64,000 nt of DNA from an uncultured Chloroflexia bacterium (GTDB taxonomy: Bacteria > Chloroflexota > Limnocylindria > Limnocylindrales > CSP1-4): positions 256,001 through 320,000 of the forward strand of contig CAVYIM010000004.1 of the NCBI GenBank assembly GCA_963768655.1, in the 5' to 3' direction. Every line of letters begins with the position of its first letter. The stretch's first letter is position 1. Below are positions 29,429 through 38,476 of this stretch, piece by piece. Made by a program: the position numbers and the translations under genes. The notes under the pieces are model-generated. The model was not told where the DNA came from. It did not search any database and worked only from the letters and a program-made list of their open reading frames with translations.

Positions 29429-30055
29429 TTACGCCTTCTTCACCTGGCGCGGGAACAGGATCACAACGTTGAACCAGCCGAGGAAAGCGCCGAGGAGTCC
29501 GCCCATGATGGCGGCGATTGCCGAGAATGCGATGTTCCAGTAGAGAGCCACGTCGGAGCTGAAACCGAAGTCGTTGAACCAGCCCAACGCCGCTCCGCTA
29601 ACGACACTCCCGGTGAAGAACACGCCGAGGAACACCGAGACGCCGTTGAAGAACGGCAGCGTGTTGGCGCCATTAACCACGGGCATGAACTTCATGGCAT
29701 AGATCAGGACGCAGAAGCCCACGAAGAACGCGATGTAGAGCGCGGTGTTGTCGTTGGTCAGCGTCTGCAGGCCGAAGTTCAGGACGGTACCTGAGCCGAA
29801 GGCCTTGCTGAGCACCGCGTAGAACTCGCAGATGAGGGCCCCGCCGACCACGCCGAGGATGTACGCCGGCACCATCCCCTTGAGAACCGAAGGCTTGGCG
29901 CCGAGGGCGAAGTACTCCGCCCACACGATGAACGCTGCCCACAGTGGGAAGTTGAGCTTGCCGAGCCAGATCCCGAAGGGCAGGCTTACAACGACCGTGA
30001 TGGCGATTGCCAGCCATAGCGGGATCGTGTTCTTGGTCTCTGTCTCTGTCGCCAC
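29429..30055 (-). CDS. DUF1097-like integral membrane protein
   Basis: LWAAFIVWAEYFALG motif, about six hydrophobic segments; GTG start at 30055 after GGAGG. Confidence 0.75.
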   Translation of the reverse strand: MATETETKNTIPLWLAIAITVVVSLPFGIWLGKLNFPLWAAFIVWAEYFALGAKPSVLKGMVPAYILGVVGGALICEFYAVLSKAFGSGTVLNFGLQTLTNDNTALYIAFFVGFCVLIYAMKFMPVVNGANTLPFFNGVSVFLGVFFTGSVVSGAALGWFNDFGFSSDVALYWNIAFSAIAAIMGGLLGAFLGWFNVVILFPRQVKKA

Positions 30056-30068
30056 ACTGAACCTCCAT

Positions 30069-30147
30069 CTCCTGCCAGCCAAGCGGCTGGTCAGCCAGCA
30101 ACGCTCGTGCTCCTGCCAGCCAAGCGGCTGGTCAGCCAGCAACGCTC
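30069..30147. repeat. Tandem duplication of a 38-bp hairpin-containing unit (41-bp period)
   Basis: CTCCTGCCAGCCAAGCGGCTGGTCAGCCAGCAACGCTC at 30069-30106 and 30110-30147. Confidence 0.95.
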
Positions 30148-30271
30148 ACGCAGGTCGGGCCAAACGGGAGCGCAACGCCCGCTCCGCCGCGAGGGAGCAG
30201 CGGGTGCCGTCAGGCGCTCGACGAAGACCTCCTGCCGGGGTCGAACAATCGAGCCCGAGTTCCGGACAATC

Positions 30272-30313
30272 AAGTGCCGTTCGGCACTTTTCATCGATCA
30301 TCGATTATTGATG
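30272..30313. promoter_or_regulatory. Candidate operator region between the divergent operons
   Basis: AAGTGCCG-TT-CGGCACTT (30272-30289), then ATCGAT-C-ATCGAT-T-ATTGAT (30293-30312) in an AT-richer patch. Confidence 0.55.
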
Positions 30314-30347
30314 CTCTATGAGTATCCATGAACTGGAGGCTGGAGGC

Positions 30348-31442
30348 ATGCCCGTGACGTCGGCCGACTGTCCGTTGCTTCGCACGGCACGGCTCGGCCC
30401 AACCGACTACTGGAACGACTCGTGCGCGGTCGAGGAGCTGGCGTACGCCATCGAGCGCGGCGCCACCGGCGCCACCTCGAACCCGCCAATCGTCCTGGAA
30501 GTGCTCGGCAAGGAGAAGGCGCACTGGGTCCCGCGCGTCCGCCAGCTGGCCGCAGAGAACCCGACCTGGTCCGAGGTGGAGCTGACCTGGGCGGTCATCG
30601 AGGAGATGGCCGTCCGGGGAGCATCGCTGCTCGCCCCGATCCACGCCCAGACATCAGGCCGCAAGGGTCGGCTGTCGGTCCAGGCTAACCCGGCTAACTA
30701 CCGCGACCCTGCGCGAATGGTCGAGCAGGCCATCCACATCGCCGGCCTGGCCCCCAACCTCCACGTCAAGCTGCCGGCGACCTCGGCCGGCATGGTCGCC
30801 ATCGAAGAGGCCACGGCCCGCGGGGTCAGCATCAACGCGACGGTCTCGTTCACCGTTCCGCAGGCCCTCGCGGCGGCCGAGGCGGTGGAGCGCGGGCTGA
30901 ACCGGCTGGCGGCTGCCGGGGGCGATCCGGGGAAGCTGGTCCCGATCGTGACCATCATGATCGGCCGCCTCGACGACTGGCTGAAGGTCGTCGTCGATCG
31001 CGACGGCCTGTCCGTCAACCCGGCCGCGCTGGACTGGGCCGGGATCGCCGCCTTCAAGCGGACATACGGTATCTTCAAGGAACGCGGATACCGCAGCCAC
31101 ATGCTGGCCGCGGCCTTCCGCCACCACCTCCACTGGACCGAGCTCATCGGCGGAGACGTCAGCCTGACGATCCCGTACGCCTGGCAGGTCCGCTTCAACG
31201 CAAGCGGCATCGACCCGGTCTCGCGCATGGACGAACCGGTCGACCCGGCAATTCTCGCCGAGCTCTGCGCCAAGCTTCCCGATTTCCGGCGCGCCTTCGA
31301 GCCCGACGGGCTGACCCCGGCCGAGTTCGACAGCTACGGCGCCACCGTCCGCACCCTGCGCGGCTTCATCAAGGCCTACCACGACGTGCAGGCCGCGATC
31401 CGCGACATCGTTCTTCCGAACCCCGACGTGCGGACCCTCTGA
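30348..31442 (+). CDS. Transaldolase-family Schiff-base aldolase
   Basis: WNDS, GATSNP, VKLPAT (Schiff-base Lys), INATVSF, IGRLDD. Confidence 0.88.
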   Translation: MPVTSADCPLLRTARLGPTDYWNDSCAVEELAYAIERGATGATSNPPIVLEVLGKEKAHWVPRVRQLAAENPTWSEVELTWAVIEEMAVRGASLLAPIHAQTSGRKGRLSVQANPANYRDPARMVEQAIHIAGLAPNLHVKLPATSAGMVAIEEATARGVSINATVSFTVPQALAAAEAVERGLNRLAAAGGDPGKLVPIVTIMIGRLDDWLKVVVDRDGLSVNPAALDWAGIAAFKRTYGIFKERGYRSHMLAAAFRHHLHWTELIGGDVSLTIPYAWQVRFNASGIDPVSRMDEPVDPAILAELCAKLPDFRRAFEPDGLTPAEFDSYGATVRTLRGFIKAYHDVQAAIRDIVLPNPDVRTL

Positions 31443-31476
31443 GGCCGCCGCAACAGCACTCACGGAGGCACCCATC

Positions 31477-33010
31477 GTGACCACGAAGGTACCCGACTCG
31501 GTCGGCCGCGCAGATCCACCCATCCTGAGCCATTGGATAGACGGCCGTCCGGTCGAGGTCCTTGCCGAGCACACCGGGCCCGTCCACGATCCTTCGACCG
31601 GTGCCGTGATCGCCAGGGTTCCGCGCGGGGGAGCGGCCGAGGTCGACGCGGCCGTCACCGCCGCCCGGCGGGCATTCCCGGGCTGGCGCGACACGCCGCT
31701 CATCACTCGCAGCCAGATCTTCTTCGCCTACCGCGCCCTGGTCTACGGCCACCGTGAGGAGCTGGCGGCCCTGATCACGCGCGATCACGGCAAGACCTTC
31801 CCCGACGCCCTGTCCGAGGTCGTGCGCGGCCTGGAGACTGTCGAATTCGCCTGCGGGCTGCCGGTCCACCTGGCCGGCCTGAACACTCCGAACGTCTCGA
31901 CGCGGGTCGATGCCCACACCCTGCGGGAACCCCTGGGCGTGGCCGCCGGCATCACGCCCTTCAACTTCCCGGCGATGGTCCCGATGTGGATCTACCCGAT
32001 CGCCCTCATGACCGGCAACACCTTCGTCTGGAAGCCCTCCAGTCACACGCCCGGCGCCACGCAGCTCCAGGCCGAGCTGTGGAAGGAGGCCGGGCTGCCG
32101 GACGGCGTGTTCAACGTCGTTTACGGCGGACGCGAGGCTGTCGATGCCATCCTGGAGCACCCCGGCATCAATGCCATCCAGTTCGTCGGCTCCACCCCCG
32201 TCGGGCGGCACGTGTTCGAGACCGGCACCCGCAACGGCAAGCGTGTCGGCGCCTACACTGCTGCCAAGAACGCGATGATCGTCCTGCCGGACGCCGACAT
32301 GGAGCTGGCCGCGGACTCGGCCGTCGCCGCGGGCTACGGCTCGGCCGGCGAGCGTTGCATGGCCCAGACCCTCGTCCTGGCCGTTGGCGACGCCGGGGAT
32401 CGCCTGCGGCCGATGATCGAGGAGCGGATCGGCAAGCTCAAGATCGGCCCCGGCATGGAGCCGGGCGTCGACATGGGCCCGATCTACTCGGCCGAGCACC
32501 GCGCCTCTGATCATCGAGTGGATCGACAAGGGCGTGGCCGAAGGAGCCGAGCTGGTCGCGGACGGGCGGCCCTTCCATCATCCCGAGCATCCGGACGGCT
32601 ACTTCCTGGGCGTGACTCTCTTCGATCACGTGACACCGGCGATGGAGATCTACAAGGAGGAGATCTTCGGCCCGGTGCTGGGCGTCGTCCGGACGAAGAC
32701 CTTCGACGAGGCGGTCGGGCTCATCAACGCCCACCAGTACGGCAACGGCACCGCCATCTTCACTACCGACGGCGGCGCAGCCCGCCGCTTCGAGCTCGAG
32801 GTCGACGTGCCGATGATCGGCATCAACGTGCCGATCCCGGTGCCGGCCGGCTATCTCTCCTTCGGCGGGACGCGCGGGTCCGCCTTCGCGGACCTGCAGA
32901 TGCGGGGCGAGGACTCGATCCGCTTCTTCACCAAGCAGAAAGAAGTGACCGTCCGCTGGCCCGAGCCCGGCAAGCGCGGCGCGCTGAGCCTCGTATTCCC
33001 CGGCAACTGA
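31477..33010 (+). CDS. CoA-acylating (methyl)malonate-semialdehyde dehydrogenase-like ALDH with a 1-bp frameshift near 32507
   Basis: PLGVAAGITPFNFPAMVP, FVGSTPVG, AKN, GERCMA, EEIFGPV, YGNGTAIFT, GINVPIPVP; ORFs 31477.. and 32534..33010 join by removing one base. Confidence 0.88.
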
Positions 33011-33056
33011 CCATCTGCCGCCCGTCGCCGGCGATCGGAAGATTGGAGTGAGAGCA

Positions 33057-33842
33057 ATGAACCCACTGGACGCCTTCCGGCTGGACGGCCGCGTGGCTTT
33101 CGTCTCGGGCGGTGGCGGCGCGATCGGCTCGGCCCTGGCCGTCGTGCTGGGCAGCGCCGGCGCAAAGGTGGCCGTCTCGGACATCGACCAGGCCCGTGTT
33201 GACGCCGCTGCCGACCGGGTCCGCGCTGCAGGTGCCGAGTGCATTGCCCTGGTCGCGGACATCACCCGTGAGACGGAGGCCGAACGGGTGGTGGCCGCCA
33301 TCGTGGAGCGGTTCGGACGGCTGGACATCATCGTCAACGCGGTTGGCGGCGGCGCGGGCAAGGTCCTGTTCGATGCCCAGGAGTATCCCCGAGACGCCTG
33401 GGATTGGATCATGGAGATCAACCTGCGGAGCACCCTGGTGGCCACGCAGGCGGCCGTGAAGGCAATGGTCCAGGGCGGCCGCGGCGGGCGGGTCGTCAAC
33501 ATCAGTTCGGTCCGGGCGCAGCTCGGGATCAACTCCGGCTACTCAGCCTACGTCGCCGCCAAGGGAGCGGTCAGCTCGCTGACGCGCCAGTGGGCCACCG
33601 AGTGGGCCAAGCACGGCATCAACGTCAACGCCATCGCCCCGACCTTCGTCGACACACCTCAGGTGGCGATGCTGCTCGGCGACCCGGCCTTCAAGTCGAG
33701 CCTCGTCAGCCGGGTCCCGCTCGGTCGAGTCGGCGAGACGAGCGATCTCGTCGGGGCCGTCCTCTTCTTCGCCTCCGATGCCTCCTCGTTCGTGACCGGC
33801 CAGATCCTCACGATCGACGGCGGCCTGACCGCAACGCAGTAG
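33057..33842 (+). CDS. Short-chain dehydrogenase/reductase (gluconate 5-dehydrogenase/KduD-like)
   Basis: SGGGGAIG, VNISS, YVAAK, EWAKHGINVNAIAP, VTGQILTIDGG. Confidence 0.92.
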   Translation: MNPLDAFRLDGRVAFVSGGGGAIGSALAVVLGSAGAKVAVSDIDQARVDAAADRVRAAGAECIALVADITRETEAERVVAAIVERFGRLDIIVNAVGGGAGKVLFDAQEYPRDAWDWIMEINLRSTLVATQAAVKAMVQGGRGGRVVNISSVRAQLGINSGYSAYVAAKGAVSSLTRQWATEWAKHGINVNAIAPTFVDTPQVAMLLGDPAFKSSLVSRVPLGRVGETSDLVGAVLFFASDASSFVTGQILTIDGGLTATQ

Positions 33843-33862
33843 TCGACAAGGGGAGCACGTCG

Positions 33863-34759
33863 ATGGAGCAGGTGACGCCCAACATCTTCACGGAAACCAG
33901 GCTGCGCGGCTGCAACCCGAGCTTTGTCACGACGTCCGAAGGTGTCGTCGTGATCGACACTCCCCAGCTGCCGACGAAAGCCGTCGCGATGCGCAAGGAG
34001 GCGGAATCCCACGGCCCGATCCGCTACATCATCAACACCGAGCATCACGTCGACCACATCTTCGGCAACTACTATTTCAAGGGCGCGGGCACGGTCGTCA
34101 ACCACCAGGGCGTCTACGACAACTTCATGGTCGTCTACCCCGAACTGGACCCCTTCGCCTACGCGTACGAGGCCCTTCCGACGCCGGCCGGCAAGGGCAC
34201 CGATCTCGACGATCCCGCGGGTGTCGCGCTGTGGCCGGACCGGGACGAGTACTACGCCGACCCAAACAAGGGCACCGTCGTCTTCACCGGAGACCTGACG
34301 CTCCACGTCGGCGACCACACGTTCCATTGCCTCCACACCCCGGGCCACACCCCCGGCCAGCTCGCGGTCCACGTCCCGGAGGAGCGCACGGTATTCACCG
34401 GCGACACGATCTTCTCCGAGTGCCAGACCTGGCTCATGACGTCGAACGTGGACCAGTGGATCGCATCCCTGGACCGCATCCGCTCCCTCGATGTCGATCG
34501 CGTCGTCCCCGGACACGGCCCGATCACCACGAAGGCCTACGTGGACACTCAACGGGCGACGCTGATGGAGTGGAAGACGGCCGTGGCGCTGGCTGTGGCC
34601 AAAGGCTGGTCTCGCGAGGAGACGGTGGCTCGGGTCAACTTTGCGGATCGTTGCCCGGTCGACATCGGCCAGGGCTACATGATGAGTTACATCCAGACGC
34701 TGAATGCCGGATCGCTGTGGGACAAGCTGACCGCCGTCCCGGCTGCGTCGGCGCGTTGA
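33863..34759 (+). CDS. Metallo-beta-lactamase fold hydrolase
   Basis: VVIDTP, NTEHHVDHIFGN, TPGHT, FTGD, VPGHG. Confidence 0.9.
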   Translation: MEQVTPNIFTETRLRGCNPSFVTTSEGVVVIDTPQLPTKAVAMRKEAESHGPIRYIINTEHHVDHIFGNYYFKGAGTVVNHQGVYDNFMVVYPELDPFAYAYEALPTPAGKGTDLDDPAGVALWPDRDEYYADPNKGTVVFTGDLTLHVGDHTFHCLHTPGHTPGQLAVHVPEERTVFTGDTIFSECQTWLMTSNVDQWIASLDRIRSLDVDRVVPGHGPITTKAYVDTQRATLMEWKTAVALAVAKGWSREETVARVNFADRCPVDIGQGYMMSYIQTLNAGSLWDKLTAVPAASAR

Positions 34760-34809
34760 CTGCCGTCCGTGGCGCGACAGCTCCCGCATCCAAGGAGAGT
34801 GACACCCCC

Positions 34810-37137
34810 ATGGCCGACTGTGGCACTAAGACCTACAAGGCCGCCAAGCGCTACATCTACGCCTGGGGCGGCGGCAAGGCCGAGGGCAACGGCGGGATGA
34901 AGGATCTGCTGGGCGGCAAGGGTGCCGGCCTGGCGGAGATGACCAACGCGGGTCTGCCGACTCCCCCCGGATTCACCATCACCACCGAAGCCTGCAACGA
35001 CTATTTCGCCGCCGGCAAGACTCTCCCGGCCGGCCTCTGGGACGACGTCCTGGCCGCGGTGAAGGTCGTGGAGACTCGGACCGGCAAGGGCTTCGGCGAC
35101 GCGAAGAATCCGCTCCTGGTCTCCGTCCGCTCCGGCGCCAAGTTCAGTATGCCGGGCATGATGGACACCGTCCTCAACCTTGGCCTCAACGAGACCACGC
35201 TCCAGGGCCTCATCGCCTTCACCGGCAACGAGCGCTTCGGCTGGGACGCCTATCGCCGCTTCATCAGCATGTTCGGCCGGATCGTGCTCGACGTCCCGTC
35301 CGAGCGCTTCGACAAGCCGCTCGAGGCCGCCAAGAAGAAGCACGGCAAGGACGCCAAGGACACGGACCTCGCGGCTGCTGATCTGATGGCCCTGGCAGCC
35401 AGGTATAAGGAGATCGTGCGCGAGGCCGCCGGCCGCGAGTTTCCCGACGATCCCAACGAACAGCTGGACCTGGCCATCAAGGCCGTCTTCGCCTCGTGGT
35501 TCGGCAAGCGCGCCCACGACTACCGCGAGCACGAGAAGATCCCGCACGACCTCGGCACTGCGGTCAACGTGGTGACCATGGTCTTCGGCAACATGGGCGA
35601 CGACTCCGGGACAGGCGTCGCCTTCACACGCGACCCCAACACGGGCGAGAAGGTCCTCTACGGCGAGTACCTGGTCAACGCCCAGGGCGAGGACGTGGTG
35701 GCGGGCATCCGCACGCCGTCCCCGATTGCGGCCCTGGCCCAGGACATGCCCAAGGTCTACGTCGAGTTCACGAAGATCGCCGACAAGCTCGAGAAGCACT
35801 ACAAGGACGTCCAGGACCTCGAGTTCACCATCGAGCGCGGCCACCTGTACATGCTCCAGACCCGCAGCGCCAAGCGGACGGCCGCTGCCGCGATGCGGAT
35901 CGCCATCGACATGGTCCAGGAGCAGGTGATTACCCGCGAGGAGGCAGTCCAGCGCGTAGGCCGATCCCTGGCGAATCCGCCGCGGATCTCGGTCGATCGC
36001 CATGACCGGCGGACCGCACTGACTGTCGGTACGCCCGCCGTTCCGGGCGTGGCATGGGGTGAGATCGTCACATCGCCGGACGCCGCCGTGACGGCGGCAC
36101 GAGCGGGCAAGCGCGTGATCCTGACACGGCCCGAGACGTGCCCGGACGATGTCCACGGCATGGAGGTCTCTCAGGGGATCCTGACCTCGACGGGCGGCAA
36201 GACTTCACATGCCGCCGTAGTTGCTCGCGAGTTCGGGATCCCGGCGGTCGTTGGCGCAGGTGATCTGCAGGTCGGCGACGGGGTCGTCACGATCAACGGT
36301 CGTCTCTTCAAGGACGGCGACACCATCACTATCGACGGATCCACCGGGGAGGTCTTCGCCGGCGAGGTCCAGGGCAGCACCGTCGTCGTGCCCGAGGCAG
36401 CCACCCTGCTTGCCTGGGCGAAGGATGTCGGCATCCCAATCGGTGAGCCTGCAGGCGGGCCGGCCGTCGAGGCACCGGCACCGGCGGCGGCCCCGGCCAA
36501 GCCGGCGGCCCCGGCTGAGCTTAGCGCCGACGATGTTCTCCGTGGCCTCATGATCAAGGGACAGGTAACCCCTGAAGCGCTCGCCGTGGCGCTGGCCAGC
36601 CCACCGGACGAAGTCGCGCCACTCATCGACGGTCTCGTGGCCGAGGAACTGGCCGAGACTGTGGCCGAGGCGTCCCGGCTGACTCCGGAGGGCAGGCTGC
36701 GGGCGCTGGATGTCTTCGCCGCCGACCGCGAACGAGCCGGGGGCGAGGCGGCCTGCGTCGCCGCGCTGGACCAGTTCATCGTGCTCGACGGCAGGATGAA
36801 GGACCTGGTCACGGCCTGGCAGATTCGGGACGCCGCCAACCAGGTTTTCAACGACCACTCTGACGCCGCCTACGACGCATCTGTTCTCGATCGGCTCGGC
36901 GACATCCACGTCGGTGTAGCGGAGTTGCTGGACCTGCTCGGGACCAAGCTCTGGCGGATGGCTTGCTACCGCGAACGGCTGGAGCGTGCCTTGGCCGCTG
37001 CCCGGGCCGGCGATCCCAGGTTCGTGGCGGGGGTGCGGGTCGACAGCTACCACAGCGTCTGGTTCGAACTGCACGACGACCTCATCCGGCTGTGCGGTCG
37101 CACGCGCGCCGACGAAGTCGCCGCGGGTCGGGCCTGA
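34810..37137 (+). CDS. Truncated pyruvate,phosphate dikinase-like protein (ATP-grasp plus His swivel) fused to an Rv1126c-like C-terminal domain
   Basis: LLGGKGAGL, PLLVSVRSGAKFSMPGMMDTVLNLG, NAQGEDVVAGIRTP, DLEFTIE..LYMLQTR, GGKTSHAAVVARE; then an Ala/Pro linker and a domain ending DSYHSVWFELHDDL; no PEP/pyruvate TIM barrel. Confidence 0.88.
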   Translation: MADCGTKTYKAAKRYIYAWGGGKAEGNGGMKDLLGGKGAGLAEMTNAGLPTPPGFTITTEACNDYFAAGKTLPAGLWDDVLAAVKVVETRTGKGFGDAKNPLLVSVRSGAKFSMPGMMDTVLNLGLNETTLQGLIAFTGNERFGWDAYRRFISMFGRIVLDVPSERFDKPLEAAKKKHGKDAKDTDLAAADLMALAARYKEIVREAAGREFPDDPNEQLDLAIKAVFASWFGKRAHDYREHEKIPHDLGTAVNVVTMVFGNMGDDSGTGVAFTRDPNTGEKVLYGEYLVNAQGEDVVAGIRTPSPIAALAQDMPKVYVEFTKIADKLEKHYKDVQDLEFTIERGHLYMLQTRSAKRTAAAAMRIAIDMVQEQVITREEAVQRVGRSLANPPRISVDRHDRRTALTVGTPAVPGVAWGEIVTSPDAAVTAARAGKRVILTRPETCPDDVHGMEVSQGILTSTGGKTSHAAVVAREFGIPAVVGAGDLQVGDGVVTINGRLFKDGDTITIDGSTGEVFAGEVQGSTVVVPEAATLLAWAKDVGIPIGEPAGGPAVEAPAPAAAPAKPAAPAELSADDVLRGLMIKGQVTPEALAVALASPPDEVAPLIDGLVAEELAETVAEASRLTPEGRLRALDVFAADRERAGGEAACVAALDQFIVLDGRMKDLVTAWQIRDAANQVFNDHSDAAYDASVLDRLGDIHVGVAELLDLLGTKLWRMACYRERLERALAAARAGDPRFVAGVRVDSYHSVWFELHDDLIRLCGRTRADEVAAGRA

Positions 37138-37223
37138 CGAGCACACAACGACATCGAGCATCCGACCTGCCGAGGTCGGCCAGAACGGCGGATGGATCCG
37201 CCACGCGACGAAGCGAGGACGTC

Positions 37224-37592
37224 ATGTTCACGCGAATTGACCGGGCCGAGACTGCGATCACGCCCATGCCCGGTCGTAACTGGCACGCTTACATCGGCCC
37301 TCAGACCGCCCCGACCAGGCACCTCTCGATGGGCGTCTCCGTCTACGAGCCAGGAGTTCGTCCCACGGGCCACGTGCACGAGGCCGCGGAGGAGACGGTC
37401 TACTGCCTCTCCGGGCGCGGCAGGCTCGTCTGCGATGCGGGACCGGCCGAGCTCGAGTCCGGCGTCGCGGTCTTCATCCCGGCCGGGACGTTCCACGCCA
37501 CCGAGTGCGACGGCCCGGAGCCGCTCGAACTGCTTTGCGTCTTCACGCCGCCCGTGGTGCCGGGCTCGTACGAGAAGAAGACACAATCATGA
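37224..37592 (+). CDS. Cupin domain protein
   Basis: GHVHEAAEETVYCLSGRG...IPAGTFH; C-terminal PPVVPGSYE. Confidence 0.88.
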   Translation: MFTRIDRAETAITPMPGRNWHAYIGPQTAPTRHLSMGVSVYEPGVRPTGHVHEAAEETVYCLSGRGRLVCDAGPAELESGVAVFIPAGTFHATECDGPEPLELLCVFTPPVVPGSYEKKTQS

Positions 37593-38476
37593 AGACGACT
37601 GCCCAGGACCCGGAAATCGGCCGGCTGGAAGAGGCTGCCCGCCGTATTCGCGTGGAGATCATCCGCGCCGTGAACCAGGCCAAGGCCGGGCACCTGGGCG
37701 GGCCGCTCTCGGCGGCTGACGTGCTCGCCGCGCTGTACTTCCGCGTCATGCGCATCAGGCCCGAAGAACCAGGCTGGCCGGATCGCGACCGGTTCGTTCT
37801 CTCCAAAGGCCACTCGTCGATCGGGCTGTATGCCGCGCTGGCCCTGCGTGGCTACTTCCCCGTCGAGGAGCTCGCGACCTTCGATGCCGCCGGAACCCGG
37901 CTGCAGGGGCATCCGGACATGACCAAGCTGCCCGGGCTGGACATGTCCACCGGATCGCTCGGCATGGGCATCTCGGCCGGTCTCGGGATCGCCCTCGGAG
38001 CGCGCCTGACCGGTCGGAGCGACGTTCGGACATACGTCATGCTCGGCGACGGCGAATGCCAGGAAGGCGAGGTCTGGGAGGCGGCAATGGTCGGGGCCCG
38101 GTACCGCCTGGACACACTGATCGCGATCGTGGACCACAACAAGCTCCAGCAGTACGGCTGGGCCGGTGACGGACCCGACGGCCGCCTGCCACCGGAAGAG
38201 CCGGACGAGCTCCTGGCCAAATGGACAGCCTTCGGCTGGCGAGTCCTGGAGGTCGACGGCCACGACATGGCCGCCGACGTAGAAGTGCTCGAGCGCGCGC
38301 GCGAAGGCGACGGCCGGCCCACGGTCGTGATCTCCCACACCATCAAGGGCAAGGGCGTCTCATTCATGGAGGGCCACTACTACTGGCACACGAGGCCGCT
38401 CACGGCGGACGAGTTCGCCACGGCGATGGCCGAGCTCGGTGAGCCGGTGGCGGCGACGAATGGAGGCGCCCGATGA
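37589..38476 (+). CDS. Transketolase N-terminal (ThDP-binding) subunit
   Basis: GHLGG, DRFVLSKGH, LQGHP, TGSLG, GDGECQEG...N, TIKGKG. Confidence 0.93.
   Translation: MKTTAQDPEIGRLEEAARRIRVEIIRAVNQAKAGHLGGPLSAADVLAALYFRVMRIRPEEPGWPDRDRFVLSKGHSSIGLYAALALRGYFPVEELATFDAAGTRLQGHPDMTKLPGLDMSTGSLGMGISAGLGIALGARLTGRSDVRTYVMLGDGECQEGEVWEAAMVGARYRLDTLIAIVDHNKLQQYGWAGDGPDGRLPPEEPDELLAKWTAFGWRVLEVDGHDMAADVEVLERAREGDGRPTVVISHTIKGKGVSFMEGHYYWHTRPLTADEFATAMAELGEPVAATNGGAR

Noticed and set aside
30069-30147. CRISPR array
   Set aside because: Only two units, separated by 3 bp, with no spacers and no cas genes
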